DNA of 64,000 nucleotides from the NCBI GenBank assembly GCA_964016885.1, contig OZ024740.1, forward strand, positions 349,370,001 to 349,434,000. Reading direction: 5' to 3'. This document shows positions 1-14,790 of this stretch, piece after piece. The DNA is from Eledone cirrhosa (taxonomy: Eukaryota). How positions within the stretch are numbered: the stretch's first letter is position 1; each line of letters opens with the position of its first letter. The notes beneath the pieces were generated by a model. It searched no databases, was not told the origin of the DNA, and saw nothing but the letters and a program-made list of their open reading frames with translations. The position numbers and the translations under genes are program-made.

Positions 1-519
1 CATCACTGTTTCAAGCTTTACTATTCTTTACTATTTAATCTTAAATTAAAGGACTTTGTAATACATATTATATATATATTGTGATAACCTTTGTATTGAA
101 AATGTATATTTTTATGAGAATATACATATACTATATATTAATTGGTTTATAAAATAATTGTATTTTTATATTTAATAAAGTTTGGTAAACAATGTTCGTC
201 TTTGATCTTTTCTTTCTTTAATTTCTCTAAACTGTCCAAAACATTTATTGATTATGTTAATATTCAGGTAACATGTGTTACATTGTCAGCTGTGACATTG
301 AGTACTTGATCCCGTGATTTTTGTTCAGTCAATGTATATACATATTTATTAATAATAATCTGCCTGATTGATAATAATAGTTACAACAAATTCCATATGA
401 ATTAATCTTTTCATCTATCTGCCTATCTGTATATCAATCTATCTATTATTCTATCTGTCTCTATATCTATACAAACGAGTGTAATTATGTGTGCTTTTGT
501 GTGGAAAAATAAACATAAT

Positions 520-599
<80 letters not shown>

Positions 600-909
600 T
601 CATATATGTATCTATATCTATACCAATATATATCTCTATATATAAAACAGAGGATGTCTGTCTGTCTGTGTAAATCCCTAAAACAGGAGAAGTACCCGAC
701 TGATTTTACACATGCGTTACTTATCTTTCTTGAAGTGCAATGGGCTAAAAAAATAAGGCGTGACTTAATGATAATCCAGCCGATTTTGCTCGAAATGTGC
801 AGTACACATTAGTTAGTCCTCGAATTGCTTTGGATTAAAAAAAAGCGTATAATATTTCGCTAAAAGTTTGGTTAATTTAACAGAGGACACAACATTTACT
901 TACTTTTAA

Positions 910-1693
910 GCAGGACCATATTCGGAGGATTGAGGAAATGAGGAGGACCTTAAAACTTTTGTCGGCTCCCTGTTGACGTTTCGTGTTTTCATCACGCGCA
1001 AATTCGAGCCCTGTGTACGTTGGCGTGTTATTGACACAGTAAAACTCACGTCTGTGCTATTTTTACTAATACTCCTTTTGTTGCACCTACACCGCAGAAT
1101 GAACGCCCCGCGCAAGTACGCCGAACAGCGGTTGTGTTAATTCCACGGTGACCCCCACTTGAAATTGTTGATGTTGATCCCAATGGTAATTCCGAAGAGT
1201 TCGGCATCCGATGTCACAGTTCGCTCTATATCAGATCGGGTAGATTTACGAAGAGGCTATCGTCTCCTGTGGGGAGGGCCCAGCATGCTGTGCGGTTGCA
1301 TGGCATGTCTTACTCAAGCATTGCAGGCTTTACTCTGTACAGTATGCATGCAGGTATAATAGACATAAATGATGATGTCTGTCCAGATGACTAGGTGCGA
1401 ATCTATAAATCTCCAAAGGTACCTAACCGATTTTCTCCAAATGGAATAAATCATACTCTAAGATTTAGTTCGCTTAAAGAGTATCCAGCTGATTTTCTTC
1501 AGATTTTGCACAGATGTTTCACGATTCGGGCCTGCTGGTGTTTCCAGTAGATGAACAATCACTCCCTGAGAATAAGGGAATTCAAAAAGTACACAGCTAC
1601 ATTCCTCAATCTTTGCGTATGCGTGTTGCTATTTCCCGTTTCCTACCCCGTGCAACGCCGGCTCCTGCTGCTAATAAGCAAAGAGATATTTAA
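910..1693 (+). pseudogene. Decayed intronless coding-like segment of unknown origin, copy 1
   Basis: GC-richer island in very AT-rich flanks. It gives a long reading frame (GNEEDLKTFVGSLLTFRVF...PPLEIVDVDPNG...HAVRLHGMSYSSIAGF...GLLVFPVDEQSLPENKG...NKQRDI*) broken by a few stops and frameshifts. No family recognised. Confidence 0.4.
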
Positions 1694-2117
1694 CATATAT
1701 ACTCACCAAAATTATTTATATAAATATTTATATAAATATCTTGTTGTAATATAATAAAGTAAATCTACTTACAACCTTAATTCTTCATAAAATATACTTA
1801 TAAATATTATCTATATAATATTATAACTCACGATTAGAATAGATCCAATAATTAGTACTATCTCTCAATTTTTAAAATTGGTATTCCACCACTTCAACAC
1901 ATTTATGATTCTCATATTATTTCATAGATATTACCAAAATATAATTATAATTAAATATATACATATAATTATATCACTCTCTTTACACCATCACTGGCAT
2001 GACCCTTATAGTTATATTTTAATAATTGTTTCTACTTTTGGCACAAGGCCAGCAATTACCCAGTGCATTATTGTTAATAATAATAGTGTATTTCTAACTA
2101 TAATATACTTTGTGTAT

Positions 2118-2220
2118 AGTAGAGTACATGCACTGCTGGCACTCCAATGAAGGCCCGTATTGTGGACCCGTTTTATTTTCACTTTCTTCATTGGAGTGCC
2201 AGCAGTGCATGTACTCTACT
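2118..2220. repeat. Perfect 35-bp inverted repeat with a 33-nt loop (copies at 7243-7345 and 27030-27132)
   Basis: agtagagtacatgcactgctggcactccaatgaag ... cttcattggagtgccagcagtgcatgtactctact. Confidence 0.9.
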
Positions 2221-2838
2221 TTACCTCACTTCATTGTATTCTGTTTTGGATGTAAGGTGTTTGTTGCAGACTGCCTCTGTGGAGAAATCCTCTATGCGTG
2301 TATTTGGAAATCTAGTGTTATATCGCCTAACGCTTGGAACTGGAACCAGTAGATAGAGGGTGGTGGCCGGATAAGGATAAATCAACCTGTTACAAGGCGA
2401 TACTACTGGAGTGCACTATCTTTCCTATAAACAATCCTGCCTGTAAAACTGCACCACATCTAACAAACTTTTCTGTTTACTGACTCCTGCTTACAAGCTT
2501 TCATACTCTGCCTGTAAATCATGTATTTGCACTGCTTGTTTGTTTTTTGATCATGCTCAGTAACACTCTCATTCATTTCTTGCTCTCCTCTCTCAACCTC
2601 CTTCTGATAAACTTTTGATGTAATTTTTTATGACATTATATGTATCATGTGTTGTGTGTTGCTCTATACAGCGCTGGCTTGTCCTTTTTCTGGTGACTAG
2701 GCTCGATGGAGCCTGCAACCTTTGATATATTTTTTGTTTATAGGCTCCGATGATTCCTGTCCTAGGGTATGGATGAAACACTGTTAGAAAATAAAACAAT
2801 GTATTTCTAAGCACTCTTTCGTTATTCCTAAACTTATA
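2221..2838 (+). mobile_element. Probable PLE pseudo-LTR (module A) ending at (TA)n
   Basis: Degenerate hammerhead-like core (ccgatga...gaaacactgtt), then aataaa and a tail abutting (TA)n. The tail recurs at about 6641, 15012, 16200 and 27670. Confidence 0.5.
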
Positions 2839-2848
2839 CATAAATATA

Positions 2849-2894
<46 letters not shown>

Positions 2895-2942
2895 AGACGT
2901 AAGATAAGAAAATTATAAAATTAACTTACTTACTAAAATATC

Positions 2943-3024
2943 ACTTCCAACTAATTAGTTTCTGGAATGGAGTAGATACATCTTCCGAAGAAGGTGTGGA
3001 GAAACATCCCGTCATCAGGAAAGT
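2943..3024 (-). ncRNA. Type I hammerhead ribozyme (module B)
   Basis: Minus strand: actttc-CTGATGA-stem II (gggatg/cattcc, with cttc-ttcg-gaag hairpin)-GAAA-ctaattag-TT-ggaagt. Stem III lies in the palindrome aactaattagtt. Confidence 0.75.
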
Positions 3025-3464
3025 CTATTCTCATATAAGTTTCCAGGCAAAGCGAGGACTCTGGAAGCTTATTAAAAAATAAATCAGTGAATAGGAAATA
3101 GCAAAGCGTGGACTTACTTCCTAGCCACTGAGAAAATCACTGCCTCTGTGTCTGTGGCAAATTCAAAAAGAATCGAACACGTGACATCGAGGTCAATCGG
3201 TGGAAAGTGGGTTGTTAATAAGACAGCGGCCAGCCTACTACCGTAGCAGCAGTCATGGCCAGTATTGCTCGACAAATATTTTGGAGATAATAATAAAGAA
3301 TTTATATCTAGTAACATATACATACATACAAATGCATATCTATGCTAGCAAATATATAGGTTTTGTCTTATTAACATTGTGGTTCAGTGCATGGGGTTGC
3401 AGAACAATAATATAAGAGACGTAAGATAAGAAAATTATAAAATTAACTTACTTACTAAAATATC

Positions 3465-3546
3465 ACTTCCAACTAATTAGTTTCTGGAATGGAGTAGATA
3501 CATCTTCCGAAGAAGGTGTGGAGAAACATCCCGTCATCAGGAAAGT
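3465..3546 (-). ncRNA. Type I hammerhead ribozyme (module B, second tandem copy)
   Basis: Same motif as 2943-3024, offset by 522 nt. Confidence 0.75.
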
Positions 3547-4814
3547 CTATTCTCATATAAGTTTCCAGGCAAAGCGAGGACTCTGGAAGCTTATTAAAAA
3601 AAATATATATATATATATTATTGTTCTGCAACCCCATGCATTGAACCACAATGTTAATAAGACAAAACCTATATATTTGCTAGCATCGATATGCATTTGT
3701 ATGTATGTATATGTTACTAGATATAAATTCTTTATTATTATCCCCAAAATATTTGTCGAGCAATACTGGCCATGACTGCTGCTACGGTAGTAGGCTGGCC
3801 GCTGTCTTATTAACAACCCACTTTCCACCGATTGACCTCGATGTCACGTGTTCGATTCTTTTTGAATTTGCCACAGACACAGAGGCAGTGATTTTCTCAG
3901 TGGCTAGGAAGTAAGTCCACGCTTTGCTATTTCCTATTCACTGATTTATTTTTTAATAAGCTTCCAGAGTCCTCGCTTTGCCTGGAAACTTATCACAACA
4001 TCGAACACCTGTTGTGATAATGGTTAGCAGCGATGTGTGTCAAATGGCTATTAAGATAAGTGTGAACAATTTGTCAGCATTTTCTATTCCGTTTACCAAT
4101 ATATAATAACTTGTGTGTTACACCTCTATTCTTTTAACCATATATATATATATATATATATACAAGTTAATATAAATTAATATATATGATAAACACTAAT
4201 ACAATCATATGAGTGTTTGTATTGCAAATGACCAAGTTAGCTAGATTGAAAAATACTAATTAGATTAATACAGTTTGCCTGTCTCGATTTAAAATAATAA
4301 ATCAATAAAAACAAACCCATATTGGCAATAGCCGTGGTACTTGGAGTTCAACGAAATTCGCTTAGTCAGTTCACCCTCTTAGCCAATCAATGACCCATTT
4401 AGGCCTGTACCATAGTTTACTGCTACCCGTCCCGTCTGTGGCAGTCAGCCGAAAGCCAGAGGGGATGGGAGAGTGTTAGTTTTTACAGGTCACAATACTA
4501 CCTCTCACCAAGCACGGACAGTACGACTGACCATCAACTCCCAGGAGAAAATATACTTAATTCTAGGTATCATGGTTTTACATTGGAAGTTATGAGTGAG
4601 AGTTGGAAATAAAAATTAAAATCGTAAATCAAAAATCAGAAATTATAAATTAAACAATTAAAAAATTAACAATTAGAAATTAAAAAATATTTCAAGTGAG
4701 AATCCGGATTGAAGTGAGTAAATAATGTGGAGAGAGATGTTTAAGTAAGAAGTTCTGAGAGGGGTTCCAAAGTCACAGTTACACTATCCACATATTGAAC
4801 GATAGCGCCGTACA

Positions 4815-6642
<1,828 letters not shown>

Positions 6643-7766
6643 AGTTTAGGAATAACCAAAGAGTGCTTAGAAATACATTGTTTTATTTTCTAACAGTGTT
6701 TCATCCATACCCTAAGGCAGGAATCATCGGAGCAGGCTCCATCGAGCCTAGTCACCAGAAAAAGGACAAGTAGGGGGGTCCCAAGCCAGCGCTGTATAGA
6801 GCAACACACAACACATGATACATATAATGTCATAAAAAATTACATCAAAAGTTTATCAGAAGGAGGTTGAGAGAGGAGAGCAAGAAATGAATGAGAGTGT
6901 TACTGAGCTTGATCAAAAAACAAACAAGCAGTGCAAATACATGATTTACAGGCAGAGTATGAAAGCTTGTAAGCAGGAGTCAGTAAACAGAAAAGTTTGT
7001 TAGATGTGGTGCAGTTTTACAGGCAGGATTGTTTATAGGAAAGATGGTGCACTCCAGTAGTATCGCCTTGTAACAGGTTGATTTATCCTTATCCGGCCAC
7101 CACCCTCTATCTACTGGTTCCAGTTCCAAGCGTTAGGCGATATAACACTAGATTTCCAAATACACGCATAGAGGATTTCTCCACAGAGGCAGTCTGCAAC
7201 AAACACCTTACATCCAAAACAGAATACAATGAAGTGAGGTAAAGTAGAGTACATGCACTGCTGGCACTCCAATGAAGAAAGTGAAAATAAAACGGGTCCA
7301 CAATACGGGCCTTCATTGGAGTGCCAGCAGTGCATGTACTCTACTATACACAAAGTATATTATAGTTAGAAATACACTATTATTATTAACAATAATGCAC
7401 TGGGTAATTGCTGGCCTTGTGCCAAAAGTAGAAACAATTATTAAAATATATCTATAAGGGTCATGCCAGTGATGGTGTAAAGAGAGTGATATAATTATAT
7501 GTATATATTTAATTATAATTATATTTTGGTAATATCTATGAAATAATATGAGAATCATAAATGTGTTGAAGTGGTGGAATACCAATTAAAAATTGAGAGA
7601 TAGTACTAATTATTGGATCTATTCTAATCGTGAGTTATAATATTATATAGATAATATTTATAAGTATATTTTATGAAGATTAAGGTTGTAAGTAGATTTA
7701 CTTTATTATATTACAACAAGATATTTATATAAATATTTATATAAATAATTTTGGTGAGTATATATG

Positions 7767-8550
7767 TTAAATATCTCTTTGCTTATTAGCAGCAGGAGCC
7801 GGCGTTGCACGGGGTAGGAAACGGGAAATAGCAACACGCATACGCAAAGATTGAGGAATGTAGCTGTGTACTTTTTGAATTCCCTTATTCTCAGGGAGTG
7901 ATTGTTCATCTACTGGAAACACCAGCAGGCCCGAATCGTGAAACATCTGTGCAAAATCTGAAGAAAATCAGCTGGATACTCTTTAAGCGAACTAAATCTT
8001 AGAGTATGATTTATTCCATTTGGAGAAAATCGGTTAGGTACCTTTGGAGATTTATAGATTCGCACCCAGTCATCTGGACAGACATCATCATTTATGTCTA
8101 TTATACCTGCATGCATACTGTACAGAGTAAAGCCTGCAATGCTTGAGTAAGACATGCCATGCAACCGCACAGCATGCTGGGCCCTCCCCACAGGAGACCA
8201 TAGCCTCTTCGTAAATCTACCCGATCTGATATAGACCGAACTGTGACGTCGGATGCCGAACTCTCGGATTTACCATTGGGATCAACATCAACAATTTCAA
8301 GTGGGGGGTCACCGTGGAATTAACACAACCGCTGTTCGGCGTACTTGCGCGGGGCGTTCATACTGCGATGTAGGTGCAACAAAAGGGGTATTAGTAGAAA
8401 TAGCACAGACGTGAGTTTTACTGTGTCAATAACACGGCAACCTACACAGGGCTCGAATTTGCGCGTGATGAAAACACGAAACGTCAACAGGGAGCCGACA
8501 AAAGTTTTAAGGTCCTCCTCATTTCCTCAATCCTCCGAATATGGTCCTGC
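7767..8550 (-). pseudogene. Decayed intronless coding-like segment, copy 2
   Basis: Inverted copy of 910-1693. It keeps TGG (8066-8068) where copies 1 and 3 have TAG. Confidence 0.4.
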
Positions 8551-8858
8551 TTAAAAGTAAGTAAATGTTGTGTCCTCTGTTAAATAAAACAAACTTGTAG
8601 CGAAATATTATACGCTTTTTTTTAATCCAAAGCAATTCGAGGAGACTAACTAATGTGTATTGCACATTTCGAGCAAAATCGGCTGGATTATCATTAAGTT
8701 ACGTCTTATTTTTTTAGCCCATTGCACTTCAAGAAAGATAAGTAACGCATGTGTAAAATCAGTCGGGTACTTCTCCTGTTTTAGGGATTTACACAGACAG
8801 ACATCCTCTGTTTTATATATAAAGATATATATTGGTGTAGATATAGATACATATATGA

Positions 8859-8952
<94 letters not shown>

Positions 8953-9547
8953 ATTATGTTTATTTTTCCACACAAAAGCACACATAATTACACACATTTC
9001 TATAGATATAAAGACAGATAGAATAATAGATAGATTGATGTACAGATAGACAGATAGATGAAAAGATTAATTCATATGGAAATTGTTGTAACTATTATTA
9101 TCAATCAGGCAGATTATTATTAATAAATATGTATATACATTGACTGAACAAAAATCACGGGATCAAGTACTCAATGTCACAGCTGACAATGTAACACATG
9201 TTACCTGAATATTAACATAATCAATAAATGTTTTGGACAGTTTAGAGAAATTAAAGAAAGAAAAGATCAAAGACGAACATTTTTTACCAAACTTTATTAA
9301 ATATAAAAATACAATTATTTTATAAACCAATTAATATATAGTATATGTATATTCTCATAAAAATATACATTTTCAATATAAAGGTTATCACAATATATAT
9401 ATAATATGTATTACAAAGTCCTTTAATTTAAGATTAAATAGTAAAGAATAGTAAAGCTTGAAACAGTGATGTTTAAAATGTAAAAATTAAAATTGAAAGA
9501 AATAGAATAAAGGATAAGCATATAGGATATATGGGGTTATATATATA

Positions 9548-9594
<47 letters not shown>

Positions 9595-9684
9595 CAAAAA
9601 CCACATGGTGGTCAACTGAATGTTTCATATCATGAATACATTTTGCGTTACAACGCAGTTTTATAATTTTCAATATGACTGCTT

Positions 9685-11751
9685 TTATTGCTCATACTCG
9701 TTATTTCCCTTAGTTATCACATCAACTTTCCGTGCATAAACACAGGATGTAGCCACATTTATTACAATTGGACTATACACATAAAGTCCATTATCACATG
9801 TACCTGTATGACTGAGGACTGTCATTTTAGTATATACTGGCACACATTGGTGATTGTTGTCGGGGAACTCAACATTATCCTCTCGACACACTACTTCTGT
9901 ACGTGATGGAGGGAAGACTGTTGGATCATGGATAATCTCCAGGTTCCAAGGACAAATTGAACGTTCATGGATGAGATAAGAAGAAACAGCAGGTGTTGTA
10001 CTTGTTTCATTCTCTCGTGACAGTGTTGTTTCGTTATTTACTGCTGGAGCCATTTCAGCATGTAGAAAGAATTTATTGCCGATGTCTTCACTAGATAAAC
10101 TCTCGTATTGGTCTTTTAGGTCAGTTGGTATTTCACATTGGATCTGGATGGGTGCCGAAGTCACAATTAAGGTATAGTTGACGAGAAGAATGACAATCTT
10201 TATGAGAACCTGCAATATATAAAATATTAAATCAAAGAGTGCTTCATAATTTTAATATGACACTTATTCAGATAAACAAATCAGAAAATAGCAGTATACT
10301 TTAGAATTAAATCATAATACATAGAAATGAAAGCCACAGACATTTATTTACTATAGTGTGCTAGACGTATGATCATGAATGATGTCAGGTAATGTGATAA
10401 GAAAACGTTTCGCTACAGTGTGTATATGAATAAAATGCATATATTTATAGAAAAATATATGAGAGATGTGCGATGGAAGTATTATAACGGGAGAGGAAAT
10501 AGATTAATGATATTACTGCCAGTAGGTTTACTAGTGCTACATAACAAAGTGGTATGTTCCCCGTAGTTTTAGAACCTTCATGTAACATTTTAGAGGAAAT
10601 AATACACTCGCTCATGAAACAAATATCTTTAGATCATCTCATTCCTTAGTAAATTTATAACTTGGAGTTGCAGAGTTAAAGTAATGTCTCTGTATAATTA
10701 CTTATCCATATAAATATTTCTACTTGTTTCGGATTAGTTGAGTGGAATGGTGTCATTATATAGACTGTTATATAGTCCAATATATATACTATACTGGCTG
10801 AGAGTTTAGAACATCTCACAGATTGCTTTAAGATCTTCGATTCGGTACTCTATTATTCCTTTCACGCTTTCGATAAATCAATACCGGTCCAGTACTGCTG
10901 TAGATACTTTCCTCACATTTCTATCTCACTTCGTATCACAACAATGTATCACATTCTATGGAAAATATTGTATGTGATCAGACCAAGTGATTAGATAGGC
11001 TCTTCTTAAAGTTAAAATATGTCCCAGAATACACTGTAAGTTATGGATAGGAAAGAAGGGAAGAAAGAAAGAGAGGAACATAGAAAGATTCAATACTGTA
11101 TAAGAGCATAATTTCTAATTTCATACATAAATTACCAATCGATAGGATGCTATCAGTGATATAATTCTGCAATACATTTTACCAATGTAACATTTAGAAC
11201 CTAACTAACCTGTTACAATAGTTTCAATATATTTATTATTTCTATGATTACTTTAGAACCTCATAATACTAGTATCGTATTTAACTACAATAGATGTATC
11301 TGTTTTTTGAGGCTAGCATTACCATTATTATAAGTTACATATGTTACGTGTTATCCCAGTTCAATTCTTACTGCATCTCATCTCTGAAATGTTCAGGTAA
11401 AGCTAACTCTTCTGATAACGTAGATAATAGTTTTAACAATATATTAACTCACAGTGAAAAATACATTAGATAACCCAACATAAACCTACATTAATATAAA
11501 TTGAACATCTAATAGTAATCTGCAGTGAGGTAAAAAGACAAGAGATCCCACTGGGGTGCAATCGTATCTCTGATATTATATATATCCTCATAGATAATGA
11601 CAAGTGCCAATTTACGTTATTTAGAGTAAATAGCATTTTTGTTAAATTTTACCTCATGATTACACATATCTAAGTATAACCACATAACTACATAAAATAA
11701 TATATGAGATAGTAATATTAATTAATCGTTACTTACATTAGTTATCTTCAT
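9685..11751 (-). CDS. IL17: Interleukin-17-like cytokine, 179 aa; exon 1 11751-11737 (MKITN), exon 2 10209-9685
   Basis: IL-17 motifs ERSICPW, DPTVFPPSRTEVVC, CVPV and VATSC, with an N-terminal signal-peptide-like segment. Donor AAT/gtaagt and acceptor ttgcag/GTT are in phase 0. Confidence 0.88.
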
Positions 11752-11874
11752 TATATTGGTTTGCTAACTTGGAATAGAAAATATGAAGAAACCGTGAGAT
11801 ATTTTACAAACGAGACGTGTGTTTGTTCAGTTCCCAAAGTGATAAACGTTTGTAATGAAACCAATGGTGAAAGG

Positions 11875-12000
11875 ACTTATATATATATATGAAGGACCGG
11901 TAGCGGAATTGACATCAAACGTTAGTCATAATGTAATGCAAATTATTGAAAACATTTATAAATATATAGAGACGGAACTATCAACAATACGGGAAAGTTT
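11875..12000 (-). promoter_or_regulatory. Putative core promoter of the minus-strand IL-17
   Basis: Mirror of 22406-22530: TATA tract about 130 nt upstream of the ATG, plus TGATGTCA, TGACTAA and GGGAAAGTTT motifs. Confidence 0.45.
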
Positions 12001-12254
12001 ACATCCGATGAGGTAAAGTTGAAGTACTTGTATCATTTATTGGAAATATACATATTTATAGTATCCTAAACAACATAGAACTTAGTGGGGCATGTTTTCA
12101 AACATGAATGAACCGTATAAGATATTTTAAATTATTATATCTGAGTCCGTACGGTTTCTCCCAAGTGTATATCATGCCATATATTGAAATGGTAGACAGA
12201 GAGATATTTGAGGCGTTAGAATGTTTTATCTGGTAATAATTTACGGGAAATAAT

Positions 12255-12440
12255 TGTTTCTACATTTGGCACAAGGCCAGCAATTAACCAGTGCATTACT
12301 GGTACTTTATTTTATCGAGCCCGGAAGGATGAAAGACAAAGTTAACATTGGCGGGGTTTGAACTCAGATCATACAGGGAGGTAACTCTATGCTTCAAAGC
12401 ATGGCGTCCGACCCTCTACCGATAATGCCAATCCACCGCC
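12255..12440 (-). mobile_element. tRNA-derived SINE with 15-bp target-site duplication
   Basis: B-box-like gagttcaaaccc and core ctttcatccttccgggctcgataaaa (Meta/MESC-like). TSD tttacgggaaataat at 12240-12254 and 12441-12455. Confidence 0.85.
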
Positions 12441-13360
12441 TTTACGGGAAATAATGTTCCAGTTTCAGATTAGGTTAGTCCTAATTTTCTCTTTTATTCA
12501 TATGGTATCGATAATCTATATTATTTGTCAGGGAACGACTTCATTGACCATAGCTTCCCTCAATATATGTTATGGGGCCAATGAGAGAATTCAAATATAT
12601 TTCGATCGAACGTTTTAAGTATTCTAGAAATGTTGTGCATATTTTGCTATGTCAGAAATCTTTGTGAAATCTACAAATCGAATGCTCTAGTTATATCACA
12701 CCTATGCCCTTTGAGGAAGCACATACTATATACAGTCCCTTTTATGCAATATACTTCATGTTAATTTTGAGGAAAAGGATATCACGTGACAGTACATCAA
12801 AGTAAGTTCACAGTTTTGAGAAATAGTTTAAAAACAAGAGATATTTTGCAGTACATTATTTCAATGTCGGTAATAAATAGCAACGATGTTCCCGGAAATA
12901 GTCGTGGCACCATAGTCAAAACATGAACGTTGCAATAATATTATTCAGGATTTTGGTCACCACACTTGAGACATTATGCTAGGTATGAGAATCTACTATA
13001 AAACGTAGATTTAAATTTTCATGTAAAATTTGTGTATGCAGTTTTATTTATATATATATGGGAATATATTAATTTACATGAATTCATATACTTTTAAAAG
13101 GATGACCCAAGACACGCTTACATTTTCTCCAATATACTTCAAATTGAAAGTATAAAAAAAAAATAACGTAGAACAGGGATACAGAACATAAATAAATAAT
13201 CTAGAAGAAAAAGAGAAGACACGAAAAAGGTAGGAACGTTTTACCCAGTACTTTTTGCCAATGCCTTGTTGTTATATATCCATGCATGATCTTACTGAAT
13301 TTCACGAAGCAAAGCTTGTGTAAGAATACTTTTAGTTGTTAAAGAACACAATACTAGAAT

Positions 13361-13394
<34 letters not shown>

Positions 13395-13411
13395 GAAATG
13401 TTTGAGGACGC

Positions 13412-13854
13412 TGACGGCTGAGCAGGAATGACCCTGCCCAACTTTAAAATCTTCTCCCTTTACAAGTGCCCCGATTCCTTCATTCAACAGCAAAGAATAA
13501 ATAAAGAAAAATTATTACACACAGCCCATTACACACACACACACACTATCTCCCTCCCGCACGCACACACACACACATACACACGCGCGCGCGCACACAT
13601 AAACAGACCACACCAAATCACACCTACAAAAAAAACACACACACGTGTGTGTATTTTTACATATACACATACACACACACACTCTAAAATCATATTCCAA
13701 AAATAGAATTTTTTTTACAAACCTACTGTTGCCAATCCCACAGAATTTTCCTCTAGTTTACAACTTCTCCCTCGCCTCCCCCATCTCAACTCTTGTCCAG
13801 TCCATTAACACAATTGAGATACACACATGTTTACAAAATATTTTTGATTACACT

Positions 13855-13903
<49 letters not shown>

Positions 13904-14790
13904 TCTGGTAATGTATGTTACATTGCCCATTGAGTGCACTGAGATACAACCGGTACTGGCATTGATAAATATGCTGGGTCCGTCAACCCTTATTATATAT
14001 ATATATATATACACAAGAGTTCATTTTCCAGTCTCCTTCTCAACAAGGAAGATGCAAAAAACTTACCCCAACAATTAATTTTAAAACATTAAATTTTAGT
14101 TTTTAATTCTTATTAATTCTCTTTAATTGTAATACTCAACATTGGTGTGAGTGTATGTACAAGTGAACCAGCATAAACCTTTTATTTCTAAATTTTCTAA
14201 ACTATCTAAGTATTGGACTCTAACCATTATATTAAGTATTACTACCCCACTTTTTGTATGTGTGGAAGTGTGTGTGTGTCTGCGGAGGTGTGTGTGAGTG
14301 TAGTGCAAGCCAACCTACATAAGCCTTTTTATTTGTAAACTTTCTACTCCAACCATAATTTTCAGTAGCACCACTCCACATAAATTCCTCAATTTAAGAA
14401 TGACCTGTAGTATCTATTTCATACTATTAACCCTATTTGAAAATATGCCTTTTGTGAAAATCAGTCATGTGGAACTATTGTCATCTTGCCTGACGGTTTG
14501 AACCTTACAGAACCACCTGCCTCTTTGAGGTCAAATACCAACCTACTACCATCTACAAACAGACCAATGAGAATCAAGACTATTCCTGCTGACAACATCA
14601 AAATATTCCTAACAACCTCATATGTCCCAAGGCTCTGATACCATCAACACTATACACACAGAGCTGGCATATCTACGAACTGACTAACTGCCTGATGAGG
14701 TCATAACCATTCAATGGCTATCATCGAAATATATATAGCAGTAAATAAAGGATTATGAGTTCATGCAATTGACTTATGTTTCGTCACTAT
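13412..14790 (+). mobile_element. 3' fragment of a Neptune-type PLE with pLTR (module C)
   Basis: MTLPNFKIFSLYKCPDSFIQQQRINKE matches the C-terminus of the GIY-YIG ORF at 50513-51037. It ends with a hammerhead, aataaa and a tail at (TA)n. Confidence 0.7.
14687..14742 (+). ncRNA. Minimal type I hammerhead ribozyme (module C)
   Basis: actgc-CTGATGA-stem II (ccatt/aatgg)-GAAA-tatata-TA-gcagt. Stem I is actgc/gcagt and stem III is palindromic. Confidence 0.8.

Larger units (their letters stand above)
1..2838 (+). repeat. Segmental duplication arm: 3' flank of an IL-17 unit (direct copy of 24916-27733, inverted copy of 6641-9471)
   Basis: Position 1 (catcactgtttcaagc) matches 24916 directly and 9471 in reverse complement. 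Colinearity continues to ttattcctaaactt before the (TA)n tract. Confidence 0.95.
2891..3993. mobile_element. Tandem plus inverted array of a 522-bp hammerhead-bearing unit (module B, retrozyme/pLTR-like)
   Basis: Unit 2891-3412 repeats from 3413 (period 522), then inverts at about 3617-3993. It is non-coding and abuts (TA)n. Confidence 0.8.

Noticed and set aside
2740-2790. Further hammerhead-like motifs (2745, about 4350, about 19285, about 52255, about 58785, about 59520)
   Set aside because: Core nucleotides are mutated (ccgatga, ttgaaaa, gata and similar), so they are counted only as pLTR relics.
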